Virus record (IMG/VR): IMGVR_UViG_3300005512_000041
Coordinates: 1-56,583 of that record
DNA: 56,583 bases
Direction: 5' to 3' (one strand)
Origin: a virus
Taxonomy: Duplodnaviria; Caudoviricetes
Part shown: in pieces, positions 27,224-37,135 of the stretch
Layout: every line of letters begins with the position of its first letter
Numbering within the stretch: position 1 is the first letter of the stretch
Program-made: the position numbers and the translations under genes
The notes under the pieces: generated by a model
Database searches by the model: none
The model's input: only the letters and a program-made list of their open reading frames with translations
Told to the model about the DNA's origin: nothing

Positions 27224-29331
27224 GTCGCCCCCTGTACGGTCGTGCCGTCCCATACCAAGTCGACGCCATAGGTCTGCTCAATGAGGCTGATGCCGTTCTG
27301 CAGGACGTTGGTGATGTGCTGGAGTTCGGTCGCCCGCTGGTCGGCCGGGATGTCAGGGTTGTTGAGGATCGCCTGATAGTTCGAGTTGTACTGCTGCTGG
27401 ATCGCCGCGGCTGCCGCGCCGATGCGCTCTCGATCCGACGCGCCCACCTGCAGGTCGGCAATCGCCGATCGGGTGTCGGCGTCGAGTTGGGCGATCCAGT
27501 GATCGGACGAAATGTCGTTGTTCTGGAGCGCGATCTGCAGGTCGCTGTCGGCCGACGTAAGCCACTGCTGCAACTGGATATCGCGCTGCTGCATAAGCTG
27601 CCGGCTGTCGATATCGTTCTGCTGCATGAGCAGTTGCAACTGGTTGTTGGTGAGCTGCATGTACTGCTCGTGGGCGATCTGGTTCGCCTGCATGTACTCG
27701 CCGCTCTCGATCTGGCCTTCCTGCAAAGCGATCGGGGTGGCCGCGTCGATCATCGCTGCCTGCGCCGCCTCCTCCGCCATCGTCGAGTTCAGGAGGCCGC
27801 GCCGGTTCGCGCCCATGCGGCCCTGTGCCGCCGCACGCTGCATCAACGGGCTGTTGCTGCCCAGGATGGTGTTCAGCCGGTCTGACGTGGTCGTCGTCGT
27901 ACCCCCGCCGCCGAGACCATTTCCCGCGGTGGTGCCGCTTTCAGTTCCGGTATCCGTGCCGGTGCCGTCCTCCGTCTGCTGCTGCCCGTCACCGGCCGAC
28001 CCATCGACGGCGCTGTGCCAGTTGCCGCCGGCCGCGAGCCGCGTACCCCCGGCGGACGATGCGGCCGGCCCGCCTGGACGGTTCCACGATTCCGCCAGGT
28101 TGCCGCGCTGCTCGCTGGTGAAGTTGGCGGTGTCCTGAAAGTCGACGTTGTTGGTGCTCAGCCGGTTCTGTATCTCGTCCCACTCGTCCTGGTTCCGGAT
28201 GACCATCGACTGCCCGTTCTCGAGCGTGATCTGCCGCGGGTCAAAGAACTCTTGCGCGCCGGTGGCCGGGTTGTAGCTTCCGCCGCCCCCGAGGCCGCGA
28301 CCACGAGAAGACGATCCGGAGCGCGATGGCGACGCGGTGTTCGACGGGGCGAGTCCAGTGATGCTCATATCGGGAACCTCCCCGTTGATCGCGCCGATGA
28401 CGTCCTGAAGCCCGTAGGATACCGTGGGCTGGCCGGTGATGGCGTTGGCGATGTTGGCCGCCGTGGTCACCATGCCCACACCCGGAACGGCGAGGCCGGC
28501 AATCGTCGCCAGGGCGCGGGTCAGGCCGACGGTGGCGGGATTCTCTTCGGCGAAACCTGCGAGAGTCGACCGGTTCATGGCGCGTTGTGCCCTGGACGGA
28601 TTGTGTGCGGAGCGCGCCTCGGCGTAGGCTCCGACCACATCGGCAAGCGACATATCAGGGTTCTGGTTCTGCATGTTGTGGGCCTGGGAACGCGACAGGC
28701 CGAGCCCTTTGGCCCGCGCCTTCTCCCCTACGGACATTGAGGTTTCCCAGCCGAAATCCTGCGCCCCTCCCCCGTGACCGCCTGCCTCGCCGTCCGAGGG
28801 GTTGTCCGCCGCATTGGAGTTGTCCGACTGCGTGCCGGCCGCGGCCTCGGCGCCGCTGCGCCCGGAAGGGCCCTGGGCGTGGCCCATGCTCGCTTCAGCA
28901 TCATTCCCGCCGGGGTCGGACCCGCCATGACCAGCGGACTCGCCGTCCGCCCCCATGCCATTCGGCCCATCGCCCTCGCTGAAAAACTCCTCGAGCCCGG
29001 TCAGCTTGTGGTTCGGGCCGGCGGTGTCGGCCACGACATACCGATCCGGATCGAGCCCGGCATCGACGAACATCTGCCGCAGCGTCGGCATGAATTCGGG
29101 AAACTGGTCCTGTACGCTGTGCGGGATGATGATCTCGCCCGGGGCGACGTGGGCAATCTCCTCGTCCTCATACCGGCCGGCGGCCTTCATGACTTCCGCC
29201 GCCTTGCGGATCACCTCCGGCGTCAGGTCGTCCTCGTTCGGGTCGACGGACATGAGCCCGCGGCCGGGCTTGGCCTGCGGCTGTTTGGCCTTGCGAGGGG
29301 CGGCGGCTTCCTTGGGCATCAGTCCGGCCAT
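27220..29331 (-). CDS. Large internal virion/ejection protein
   Basis: GR.ED..IAHVAPGE...TGLEEFF module, low-complexity linkers, NRRGLLNS motif and Gln-rich coiled coil. Confidence 0.75.
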   Translation of the reverse strand: MAGLMPKEAAAPRKAKQPQAKPGRGLMSVDPNEDDLTPEVIRKAAEVMKAAGRYEDEEIAHVAPGEIIIPHSVQDQFPEFMPTLRQMFVDAGLDPDRYVVADTAGPNHKLTGLEEFFSEGDGPNGMGADGESAGHGGSDPGGNDAEASMGHAQGPSGRSGAEAAAGTQSDNSNAADNPSDGEAGGHGGGAQDFGWETSMSVGEKARAKGLGLSRSQAHNMQNQNPDMSLADVVGAYAEARSAHNPSRAQRAMNRSTLAGFAEENPATVGLTRALATIAGLAVPGVGMVTTAANIANAITGQPTVSYGLQDVIGAINGEVPDMSITGLAPSNTASPSRSGSSSRGRGLGGGGSYNPATGAQEFFDPRQITLENGQSMVIRNQDEWDEIQNRLSTNNVDFQDTANFTSEQRGNLAESWNRPGGPAASSAGGTRLAAGGNWHSAVDGSAGDGQQQTEDGTGTDTGTESGTTAGNGLGGGGTTTTTSDRLNTILGSNSPLMQRAAAQGRMGANRRGLLNSTMAEEAAQAAMIDAATPIALQEGQIESGEYMQANQIAHEQYMQLTNNQLQLLMQQNDIDSRQLMQQRDIQLQQWLTSADSDLQIALQNNDISSDHWIAQLDADTRSAIADLQVGASDRERIGAAAAAIQQQYNSNYQAILNNPDIPADQRATELQHITNVLQNGISLIEQTYGVDLVWDGTTVQGAT

Positions 29332-29345
29332 ATCAGAACCCTCAA

Positions 29346-29738
29346 TCAGCGGAGAAACAGGTCGGCAAGGAACACAAGGCCGGCGCAACTCAGGGCAAGA
29401 AACCAGATCCGCTCGCCATGCGCCGAATGCGTCGCCGCCCGGATGTGCAGCGTCGCCCCCCCGATAAGCAGGAGCGAGCACATTGCGACGATCGGGTTGC
29501 CGACCATCCAGTCGACATCCCAGCCGCTATCGAGCCCGTAACGCCACACCGCCCACCAGGCGCGGGTGATCCCCTCCGCGGACCAGCCGAACAGAATGCC
29601 GATCGCGAGGCAGGACGACGTGTCGTAGTCGCCGGCGCGAACCGCCTGGACGACCGGCCGCCAGTAGAGCCAGACCACAGCAGCCGCGAGCAATGTGAGG
29701 GCCGAGTAAAGCGGGCCGATGAGTTCAAGAACCTGCAT
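29346..29738 (-). CDS. Four-TM membrane protein (holin-cluster candidate)
   Basis: Four hydrophobic segments; GGAGG RBS. Confidence 0.7.
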   Translation of the reverse strand: MQVLELIGPLYSALTLLAAAVVWLYWRPVVQAVRAGDYDTSSCLAIGILFGWSAEGITRAWWAVWRYGLDSGWDVDWMVGNPIVAMCSLLLIGGATLHIRAATHSAHGERIWFLALSCAGLVFLADLFLR

Positions 29739-29940
29739 TGCGGCCCTCCATCTTATGCACGAGATTTCGGATCGGCGCGGCGGGGTCGCACATCATCTTC
29801 TGCTTCATCGCCTCACGGGCGCGCTCGTTTTCGGCAACCGCCTGTTCCAGCCGGCGCGGGGCGGACACCACGTCGCAGACCCATTCGCGGAGACGGGACA
29901 CCCTATCCACCTTGGCCTCCTTGACGGGTCCGCTCATCAA
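29725..29940 (-). CDS. Small hypothetical protein
   Basis: Overlaps both neighbours in the same orientation. Confidence 0.5.
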   Translation of the reverse strand: MMSGPVKEAKVDRVSRLREWVCDVVSAPRRLEQAVAENERAREAMKQKMMCDPAAPIRNLVHKMEGRNAGS

Positions 29941-30109
29941 GCAGCGTCTTCATGCCGACGATCGCTGTCGTGCTGTCGTTCAGCGCCGAGATCAGGCGGT
30001 CCTGAAGCCCCAGGAACTTGGCGAGCAGCCAGAATGCGATCGGCCACCCGAGCCCAAGCGGGCCATAGACGGATATGAGATCGGTGAAGAACTTCTCGCT
30101 CAAGGCCAC
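29903..30109 (-). CDS. Holin-like single-TM protein
   Basis: YGPLGLGWPIAFWLL TM segment followed by short coiled coil. Confidence 0.6.
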   Translation of the reverse strand: MALSEKFFTDLISVYGPLGLGWPIAFWLLAKFLGLQDRLISALNDSTTAIVGMKTLLDERTRQGGQGG

Positions 30110-30771
30110 CCCCCAACGTCGTCGATCGAGCCGGCCTCGATGTCGATCAGATCCAGCGCCGCGTGGTTCGCTGCGGCTTGAATGGCGGCGACGAGAAGGT
30201 TCTGCGTCTCTTCGCAGGACGCCACATGGGCATCGACCGCTGCGAGCATCGCGCCGGCAACCGCCGGGGTTAGGTCAACCGGGACGCCTGCCGTCGTCAC
30301 AACCTTCATGGACGACAGGGATTCCGCCGTCATGTACTCAAGCGCGCGGGTCAGCCGGGTCACCGGAGCCGTGGTTGTGGCGACGGCAACGGTCACGCCA
30401 GGGGCCAGCGTCGCCGTGGTGCCGCCGTCGGCTTCCTGTGCGTACCTGCTGCGCGTTGCGGCCCGCATGGCGGCCTTACGGTCGGCCAGGGCCAGGGGCT
30501 CGATCTGATAGGTGACCGCCACCGACTTCGCATCAGCGTCCACCGTGCGGATGAAGGTCGATGCGAGGCGCTTTCCCACGCCAGTTGCCGGCCGGATCTC
30601 AGTGACCGGCCAGTAGCCGACGTTGGCCTCCCCGCCCGATCCGGCGAGCGCGGACAGGTCCGCCAGCGTCGCCCGGTCGAGGCCGAGCAGGTTGCCCGGC
30701 AGCGCGCCAGCATCACCCACCGCCTGCGGTGTCTCGCCGGATAGGTCCATCTTTTGCCAGAGATTGGTCAT
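30100..30771 (-). CDS. Tail fibre assembly-like protein (DUF4376-like C-terminus)
   Basis: VDLT...MLAAVDAHVASC..Q..L..AI.AA....LD.IDI..GWP. Confidence 0.65.
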   Translation of the reverse strand: MTNLWQKMDLSGETPQAVGDAGALPGNLLGLDRATLADLSALAGSGGEANVGYWPVTEIRPATGVGKRLASTFIRTVDADAKSVAVTYQIEPLALADRKAAMRAATRSRYAQEADGGTTATLAPGVTVAVATTTAPVTRLTRALEYMTAESLSSMKVVTTAGVPVDLTPAVAGAMLAAVDAHVASCEETQNLLVAAIQAAANHAALDLIDIEAGSIDDVGGWP

Positions 30772-30783
30772 TGCACGATCACC

Positions 30784-31548
30784 CTACGAAGTCGGGAACA
30801 GGCCGGTCGGCACAATGTATGAGGCGCCCGTGTATCGGGCCGCACCCTTCGTGATCCGGAGCTGGTCAACGTTGCCCTGAAACGGATTATTGCCATTTGG
30901 GCGAGCGCCGATGCCGGTCGAGTAGCCGCTTATCGGGGTGCTGCTGCTGGTGAACGTCGAAGTGCGCGATCCGTTGTGATAGGTGGAGTACGTGTTGTCC
31001 GTGCGCGTGACCGCGACATGGCCGGACCAAGCGCCGGTACTAAGCGAAGATGCAACCCGAACAGCGTTTGCGATGTCCCAGGTTGAACCGTTGCTGCTGG
31101 AATAGAAGTCCAAGTTTGTCCCGGTCCATAGGATGGCTTGCGCGGCAAATGTCAGGTCGTCCTGCACATACACAACGGCTTGGGCAACGGTAGGACCGTC
31201 CTCCGGGTAAAGTTGAAACTCAATCGTGAAGTCGCCGGACAGGCGCAGGCTCGCGGCGTCGGCAATGGTCAGGTAGTCGCCGGTCCCATCAAAAAGCACA
31301 CTGCTTGACCCTGCCGCAGCGCGGGCCGTGCTGATTTGTGCATCACCGTTGAAGGTAATCGTGTGACCGATCGGGCTTCCATCCGTGGTGGATGCGGCCC
31401 CGTTTGCGCCTTCAAAATTGCAAATCAGCGACGTTAGCGAGTAAAGCAGATCGGACGCTCCGGCGACTGTCGTCGTCGCCGCGCGCACCCTCGCCCCAAT
31501 CGGCCGCCGCCCTACCGGCAACCCCATCGCTCCCGGATCAAGCGCCAT
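30784..31548 (-). CDS. LamG/concanavalin-like domain tail protein (receptor-binding candidate)
   Basis: FDGTGDYL, GDFTIE, HVAVTR, FQGNVDQLRITKGAARY. Confidence 0.85.
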   Translation of the reverse strand: MALDPGAMGLPVGRRPIGARVRAATTTVAGASDLLYSLTSLICNFEGANGAASTTDGSPIGHTITFNGDAQISTARAAAGSSSVLFDGTGDYLTIADAASLRLSGDFTIEFQLYPEDGPTVAQAVVYVQDDLTFAAQAILWTGTNLDFYSSSNGSTWDIANAVRVASSLSTGAWSGHVAVTRTDNTYSTYHNGSRTSTFTSSSTPISGYSTGIGARPNGNNPFQGNVDQLRITKGAARYTGASYIVPTGLFPTS

Positions 31549-31973
31549 CAGTAGTCGGCCCCCATCGCTTCAGCGACCATGTTCCCGCTCGATACGGTAA
31601 CCGCCGTCGTGAAGCCGAGGACCGCACTCGCCGGCAGCGGCATGGCCTTGTTCGGGTCGTCCTGGTCGATGATCGTGACCCGCCCGCCATTCGCGGTGGT
31701 CGCCGCCAGCGTGTGCGCCTCGATCAGGCTGTCCAGGTGCGGGAGATAGGTCCAGGTCGATCCGCTGTCGGTCGACAGGAAAAACCGCACGCTGGTCGCG
31801 GTCACCGTCGCGGTGGCGCCGGCGTAGAGCCCGGTGATCAGCGTTCCGTCCGAACCCGCCGTGATCAGCGTTGTGATCGTGCCGGAACCATCAGTGTTCG
31901 TATTCGCCGTCGATACGGCGGCCACGGCATAGCGCGGCGTCTGCGGCCAGGCGGGAGTGTTCGTCACGGCCAT
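31548..31973 (-). CDS. Beta-rich tail-associated protein
   Basis: AGGAG RBS; Thr/Ala-rich; ends GADY. Confidence 0.7.
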   Translation of the reverse strand: MAVTNTPAWPQTPRYAVAAVSTANTNTDGSGTITTLITAGSDGTLITGLYAGATATVTATSVRFFLSTDSGSTWTYLPHLDSLIEAHTLAATTANGGRVTIIDQDDPNKAMPLPASAVLGFTTAVTVSSGNMVAEAMGADY

Positions 31974-31985
31974 GGTGCTGTCTCC

Positions 31986-32762
31986 TCAGATCGACAGTGC
32001 GTAGGCGGCACCGAGGGTGACCGCGTAGGACTTGTGGGTGGTGCCGTTCACGGCGAGGGTGCGGGTTTCGTTGCCCCCGCCGTTCTGCGTCGTGGCGGAC
32101 AGGCCGTCGCCGGCCAGAAGCTTCGTTTCGAGATCGCCCGGCGTGGTGTCGTCGCTGGATACCTTTACGCCGTTGACCGCCGCCGCTGCATCGACCGCAC
32201 TCGCCGCCGCCGCCGAGGCGCTGGACGACGCCGCGGACGCGCTGGATGACGCAGCCGCCGCCGATGAGGATGCCGCCGACGCACTGGCAGACGCAGCCGA
32301 AGCGCTGGACGAAGCCGCCGATGCACTCGCCGCCGCCGCCGTGATATCCGCTCCGAGATAGCCGACGATCTGGAAGTTCGTGCCGTCGTAGCGGAGATCA
32401 ACGATCGCGCCCGCAACCAGATCGCCCGCCGACGGATCGTCGCCGGTCGGCCGCTTGATCGCCTTCGCCCCCAGGCTGTTGACGTTGATCGTGCAGGCGC
32501 CGGTGTTGGCCGCCGAGACCTTCATGGAAATGCGCAGGCCCGCCACGTAGGACGCGGGCGCCGTGGTCAGCGTGACGACATAGGCATCGGCCGCACCGGT
32601 GTCCGCCGCATAGGTGACCCGGTCCTGCTTGATGATCGCCTCGCCGGGCAGCTTGTCGAAGCCGGCCTCGACGGATGAGGACAGGTTCGAGACGTCCGCC
32701 GCCCGTGCCAGGGTGTTGGGGTTCGGCGGGGTGTAGTCGCCGCTGTCGAAGTAGTCGTTCAT
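31986..32762 (-). CDS. Tail fibre/spike adaptor protein
   Basis: ANTGACTINVNSLGAKAI...GDL...YDGTNFQ motif and Ala/Ser heptad stretch. Confidence 0.8.
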   Translation of the reverse strand: MNDYFDSGDYTPPNPNTLARAADVSNLSSSVEAGFDKLPGEAIIKQDRVTYAADTGAADAYVVTLTTAPASYVAGLRISMKVSAANTGACTINVNSLGAKAIKRPTGDDPSAGDLVAGAIVDLRYDGTNFQIVGYLGADITAAAASASAASSSASAASASASAASSSAAAASSSASAASSSASAAAASAVDAAAAVNGVKVSSDDTTPGDLETKLLAGDGLSATTQNGGGNETRTLAVNGTTHKSYAVTLGAAYALSI

Positions 32763-34846
32763 CAGCCCATCCTCTTGCGGCGACGCCTGGACGCATTGAT
32801 GGTCAGGCCGTGGAGAACGTGCGGCTCCTCGTATGTCGACGAGTGGATGACCGCGATCGAGACGTTTTCCCCGATGCCGTCGAGCGGCGCCTTCGCCAGG
32901 CCCTCGGCCCCGGCCGACCAGTAGAAATCGCCATAGGTGGACTCGTCCCAGAACCCGCCGCCGCCGCTCACATCGAAGGACAGCAGCGCCGGCGAGGGGT
33001 TGTTCGCATCGGCATAGGAAAGCTCGGCCGTCATCTTGAGCGTGGTCGGGCCGGCGCAGTCGACCTCGAGCACGGCGGAGTGCAGGCGCTTCTCGTAGCC
33101 GACCGATCCCAGGTGATTGAACGCGAGGCGGCATAGCGCGCTGATCGCAGACCCGTCGAAGCTGGTGCCGGCGTCCATCTCGTAGACCCAGCCGTCGTCG
33201 TCGCCCATGAGCAGGACTTCCTGCCCGCTCGCGTCTTCGGCCGAGATTGCCCACTCGATGGTGACGCCCAGATCGAACGGGAGGATTTCCGGGTACTTCC
33301 GGCCGAAGAACACGGTCAGGCCCGTGCCGTCGGAGAAGAACAGGCGATACTGACTCTTCACCCGTGAGCGCTGAGACGCCTTGATCGTGGCGCCGCTCGC
33401 CCGCTTGGCGCGGATCCACGGCTCGACCATGCGCGAGATCGTGCCCATGGTGAAGTTGCCGAACCGCTCCGTCGTCGACAAGCTGCGGATGCCGCGGTTG
33501 TCCACATATGTCGGCGTGCCGATGAGCTGCATCGACCACTCCTGCACCCCGGACTCGCTGCTGAACCGGCGCAGGTTGAAATTGTTGCTGTCGTCTCCGT
33601 AAAGCACGCTGATCCGGTCTTTGCCGCCGACCACCATGGCGGACTCAAGCACGTCGAGGAGTGCCGTCACGTTGGTCCCCAGACCGATCTCGGCGGCGCC
33701 CGTCACCGGGCTCCATGCGTAGGGGTCTCCAATGGACGAGTTCTGCAGCGAGCCGCCGGGGAACGACAGGAACAGGTGGTTCTTGAACGCCTCGATATGG
33801 TTCGGCGTGTCAACCGCCATGCCGGTGATGATCGGCACCAGCACGGACCCGTCCCATTCCATCGCCGTGCCCTGGCCGTTGACGAAATAGGCCCGGGTCA
33901 GGTTCGACGCCCCGAAGAAGTTCTCGATCCTGCACTCGTACCGCCCGCCGGCCGGCAAGGTGATCTGCGCGGAGTTGCCGGCTATGGTCGCGAGGTTCGT
34001 GGACGCGCCGACGTTCAGGTTCTCCGCCGCGTACGTGCCGGTTTGCCCGGAGAGGATGAGCCGTCCAGCCGCGTCGCCGCCGGCCCAGGTGCCCGAGGTG
34101 AGGATCACGCGCTCGACAGTCGCTGTCGCGCCAGACGTGGCCCCGGTGATGGTGTCGCCTTCCTCGATCTCGGTCGTGCCGCCGGAGGTGAACCCCAGCG
34201 TTCGACCGAAGGTCTGCAGCGCCCACCCGCTCGAGGTGGCCTTGAACATCTGCCCGGCGGTGCCGCCCGAATTGTCGCGGAAGACGTAGGCGTCACCGTT
34301 GAGGATGAACCCGCCGCGTGTCGGCCCGGATCCGGTTGGTTTCGCGATCAATGCCCGCGCCGTCTCGATCGCGTCGCGTATCCATGTCGTGTGGTTGGTG
34401 TCGTTGCTCGCGCCCCGCAGAACGGCCGTGCCGTCGGCTACGCACTTCGTCGCGGCCGACACCTGCAGGTTCTCGTCATCCTGGAACGTGCCCGATACGG
34501 TGGTCAGCACCAGATACCCGGCCGCGTCGCTGCCGCCGTAGCTGCCGCTGGTGACGACGCCGTCGATCAACGCCTTGCCTGTCGCCCCGCTGGTGGCGCC
34601 CGTCACGGTGTCGCCCTCGGAAACCGCAGCGGTGCCCGCGTCGAAGCTCAGGACGTAGTACGTCGCCGCCGAAGGTTTCGGCCGCCCGTCGTATCGCTCG
34701 AACCCCTTCAGGCGCCCATAGCCGCGCTCGATCGGCTCGTAGTTCACCGCCGAAATCGCATGGCCGGAGTTGGTCCGGATCGCTGGCGTGATCAGATCGA
34801 GACCGCCCAAGATCGGGAAGTGCTGCGGGGGGAGCATGTTCGTCAT
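32762..34846 (-). CDS. Tail tubular protein B / nozzle (beta-propeller)
   Basis: GGLDLITP..AVNYE start, HIEAFKNHLFLS, size and position after adaptor. Confidence 0.75.
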   Translation of the reverse strand: MTNMLPPQHFPILGGLDLITPAIRTNSGHAISAVNYEPIERGYGRLKGFERYDGRPKPSAATYYVLSFDAGTAAVSEGDTVTGATSGATGKALIDGVVTSGSYGGSDAAGYLVLTTVSGTFQDDENLQVSAATKCVADGTAVLRGASNDTNHTTWIRDAIETARALIAKPTGSGPTRGGFILNGDAYVFRDNSGGTAGQMFKATSSGWALQTFGRTLGFTSGGTTEIEEGDTITGATSGATATVERVILTSGTWAGGDAAGRLILSGQTGTYAAENLNVGASTNLATIAGNSAQITLPAGGRYECRIENFFGASNLTRAYFVNGQGTAMEWDGSVLVPIITGMAVDTPNHIEAFKNHLFLSFPGGSLQNSSIGDPYAWSPVTGAAEIGLGTNVTALLDVLESAMVVGGKDRISVLYGDDSNNFNLRRFSSESGVQEWSMQLIGTPTYVDNRGIRSLSTTERFGNFTMGTISRMVEPWIRAKRASGATIKASQRSRVKSQYRLFFSDGTGLTVFFGRKYPEILPFDLGVTIEWAISAEDASGQEVLLMGDDDGWVYEMDAGTSFDGSAISALCRLAFNHLGSVGYEKRLHSAVLEVDCAGPTTLKMTAELSYADANNPSPALLSFDVSGGGGFWDESTYGDFYWSAGAEGLAKAPLDGIGENVSIAVIHSSTYEEPHVLHGLTINASRRRRKRMG

Positions 34847-35547
34847 GCCATCTTGCTCCCGGCCCGGGTGATCGAGGGGAGTTCGGTGATGACCATGTCG
34901 CGGTAATAGTCGGCCCAACGGCGGCGGCCCGGCAGAAGCGCCAGCGGCCCGCCCTCGTCGTGCTCCGCCAGAAACTCCAGCGCGTAGGAGACGATTGCCT
35001 GGTGGTAGTCTTGCGGCAGGATCGGCACTTCGTCGTTGGCCGCGAGGCGCTGCGCGCTGCGGATGTACCATCCCGTGAGCGTGTAGACCTTGTCCGGCTT
35101 CGGGCCGATATGCAGGTTGCCGGTCGGCGCCACGGCCCAGAACCGGGGGCGGCTGTCGGTCTGCGTCCCGCGCAGGAACCGGCGCTTGAACACGGGCCAG
35201 TCGAGCCAGCACAGCGGCTGCTCGTCGCCTACACCCGTGTCGGGGTCGTAGACGGTGAATGCGTCCTGCTCTCCCCTGCCCGGGGGCCAGAAGCCGAAGT
35301 TGGTGATCGACAGGGAGCCCGACGTGTACTCGCCGGTGCTGGCGATCAGGGGAGCGGTGAACTCGGTATTGCGGAACCGCCATGTGCGGTGCCGGTTCTG
35401 GATCTGGACCCAGGCTTCAGCGGTCCAGGCGACGATCTTGGCGTCGCGCCCGGTCTGCCCGGTGACCGCCGCCGGCCGCGTCGTGAAATTGTCCGCCGTC
35501 CCGCTCTCGCGGTACAGGTCACGGCACAGTTCCAGGAACGTCGACAT
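34843..35547 (-). CDS. Head-tail adaptor (tail tubular protein A-like)
   Basis: MSTFLELC, W.F, P.PDKVYT, P.LPQDYHQAIV..AL. Confidence 0.8.
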   Translation of the reverse strand: MSTFLELCRDLYRESGTADNFTTRPAAVTGQTGRDAKIVAWTAEAWVQIQNRHRTWRFRNTEFTAPLIASTGEYTSGSLSITNFGFWPPGRGEQDAFTVYDPDTGVGDEQPLCWLDWPVFKRRFLRGTQTDSRPRFWAVAPTGNLHIGPKPDKVYTLTGWYIRSAQRLAANDEVPILPQDYHQAIVSYALEFLAEHDEGGPLALLPGRRRWADYYRDMVITELPSITRAGSKMA

Positions 35548-35570
35548 GGCGGCGGCTACCCTTCAGGGTG

Positions 35571-36191
35571 TCAGGCGGCGGCGGTCTGCTTCGGGGCCGG
35601 GCCCATGAAACTGACCGGATAGGCCGGAACATCCTCGCCGTCGTCGATGCCCCCGCCGTCCTCGTCCGGGATCGCGGAGTAGACCTTGGTCTTGGCGTCG
35701 GCGAGGATGTCGGCGTACTTCTTCTTCACCACCTGCGGCTTGCCGCGCTCGATGAAGATGCCCGACCCGTTGTGGGAGACGAATACCGGCTCCTGGCCGA
35801 GCTTGCCCTGCCCGTTGGCCGATCGCTCCTTGGAGATGGTGATGACCACATACTTCTCGCCCTCCTTGATGGAGCGGGCGTTCGCCAGCCTCTGCTGACG
35901 GCGGAGTTCGTTCGGATCCGGCTCGTCGAGCAGATCGTCGTCATCGATCTCGACGGCGTCGTCTTCCGCTTCGATCTCGACCGGTTCCGGCGCGGCGGCC
36001 TTCGGTGCCGGCAGGCCCTCGGCCTCGATCTCCGATTCCTCGGTCAGCCCGACCAGATCGAGCGCCGCCATGATCGACGCCCGCGGCTTGTTCGCCGGGA
36101 TGTCGATGTTCAGCACGTTGATCGCGTAGTGGCGAAGCTGCTCATCGCTCGCGTCCGCCACCTTGATCATCTTCGCCTTCTTGGAAGCCAT
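35571..36191 (-). CDS. Hypothetical virion-cluster protein
   Basis: GAGGAGG RBS; VFVSHNG..IERGKPQ.V pattern. Confidence 0.75.
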   Translation of the reverse strand: MASKKAKMIKVADASDEQLRHYAINVLNIDIPANKPRASIMAALDLVGLTEESEIEAEGLPAPKAAAPEPVEIEAEDDAVEIDDDDLLDEPDPNELRRQQRLANARSIKEGEKYVVITISKERSANGQGKLGQEPVFVSHNGSGIFIERGKPQVVKKKYADILADAKTKVYSAIPDEDGGGIDDGEDVPAYPVSFMGPAPKQTAAA

Positions 36192-36201
36192 GTTGCCCTC
36201 C

Positions 36202-36876
36202 TCAGCTTTCGGTCACGGTCAGGGCGACGCCCTGCAACGCGATGTCGGTGGACGCCGCCGTGGTGCCGGTCAGTAGCAGATAGAAGGTCTCGTCCGCTGC
36301 CACGACTTCGGTCAGGCCGGTGACGGCAGAGTTGGCCGACGTGACGGCGGTATCGGCGGTCACGCTGATCTGCGTCATTGCATCGACGCTCGCATCCGCC
36401 ACATCGGCGGCGGCGGCGGTCATCTTGCGGAGATCGGCGTCGAGCGTGACGGTGTTGCCCGCGCTCTCGATCTGTCCGATCAGGTGGAAGCCGGTGATCG
36501 TGTCGCCGACCTTCAGGCCGGGGATGGGGACAACCAGCGTGCCGGCGGTCTGGCTGGCCGCCATGGTTGCCATGAGGCCGGTATCGACCGTGCCGCCGCC
36601 GAGCGTCCAGCCGGACGTGGCGCCGATCTTGGCCTCGGTGTTGATGATGCGGGTCCGGCCGGTACGGGTGAACGTGCCCGAGCCATAGGTCAGGTTGCCC
36701 GAAGCATCGAGCACCAGCGCCTTCGATGCGGCGGCGGTGCCGGCGGTCACGTCGTCGACGAGATTGACTGCCGCGCCGATCTCATCGAGCGCGTCGCCGA
36801 TCGCGGGGAAACTGCCGGTGCGCGCGGCGTTCGCGTGGTTCCGGTTCCGGCTGAGAGAGAAGGAAGATGCGCTCAT
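36202..36876 (-). CDS. Structural protein (head fibre/decoration-like)
   Basis: VTAGTAAASKALVLD; beta-rich C-terminus; AAGGAG RBS. Confidence 0.7.
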   Translation of the reverse strand: MSASSFSLSRNRNHANAARTGSFPAIGDALDEIGAAVNLVDDVTAGTAAASKALVLDASGNLTYGSGTFTRTGRTRIINTEAKIGATSGWTLGGGTVDTGLMATMAASQTAGTLVVPIPGLKVGDTITGFHLIGQIESAGNTVTLDADLRKMTAAAADVADASVDAMTQISVTADTAVTSANSAVTGLTEVVAADETFYLLLTGTTAASTDIALQGVALTVTES

Positions 36877-36879
36877 CGA

Positions 36880-37113
36880 TCAGGTCTCCTTCTTAATCGG
36901 CGCGACATCGCCGGTCTTACGCTTGTCCGACGGCACGGCTGTAACCTTGTGGGTCGCGGGCGCGTCGGTGACACAGAACACGACGCCGTCAGCCATGAGA
37001 GCCGCAATCTGATCTGCGGTCGCCGCGACGACATCGCCCTTGTCGAGTTCTCGGAACGCGGCGTCTGCGGCCGGCTCCTTCTCGATCAGAACGTTGGTGG
37101 TGGGTTCAGCCAT
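36880..37113 (-). CDS. Small hypothetical protein
   Basis: AGGAGG RBS before MAEPTT. Confidence 0.65.
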   Translation of the reverse strand: MAEPTTNVLIEKEPAADAAFRELDKGDVVAATADQIAALMADGVVFCVTDAPATHKVTAVPSDKRKTGDVAPIKKET

Positions 37114-37135
37114 CGTGGCCTCCTGAACGGTTGAA

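Noticed and set aside
32180-32345. Tandem DNA repeat
   Set aside because: Encodes the Ala/Ser heptads common in tail fibres
30100-32762. Invertible tail-fibre cassette or diversity-generating retroelement
   Set aside because: No flanking inverted repeats, duplicate fibre ends, reverse transcriptase or TR/VR pair seen
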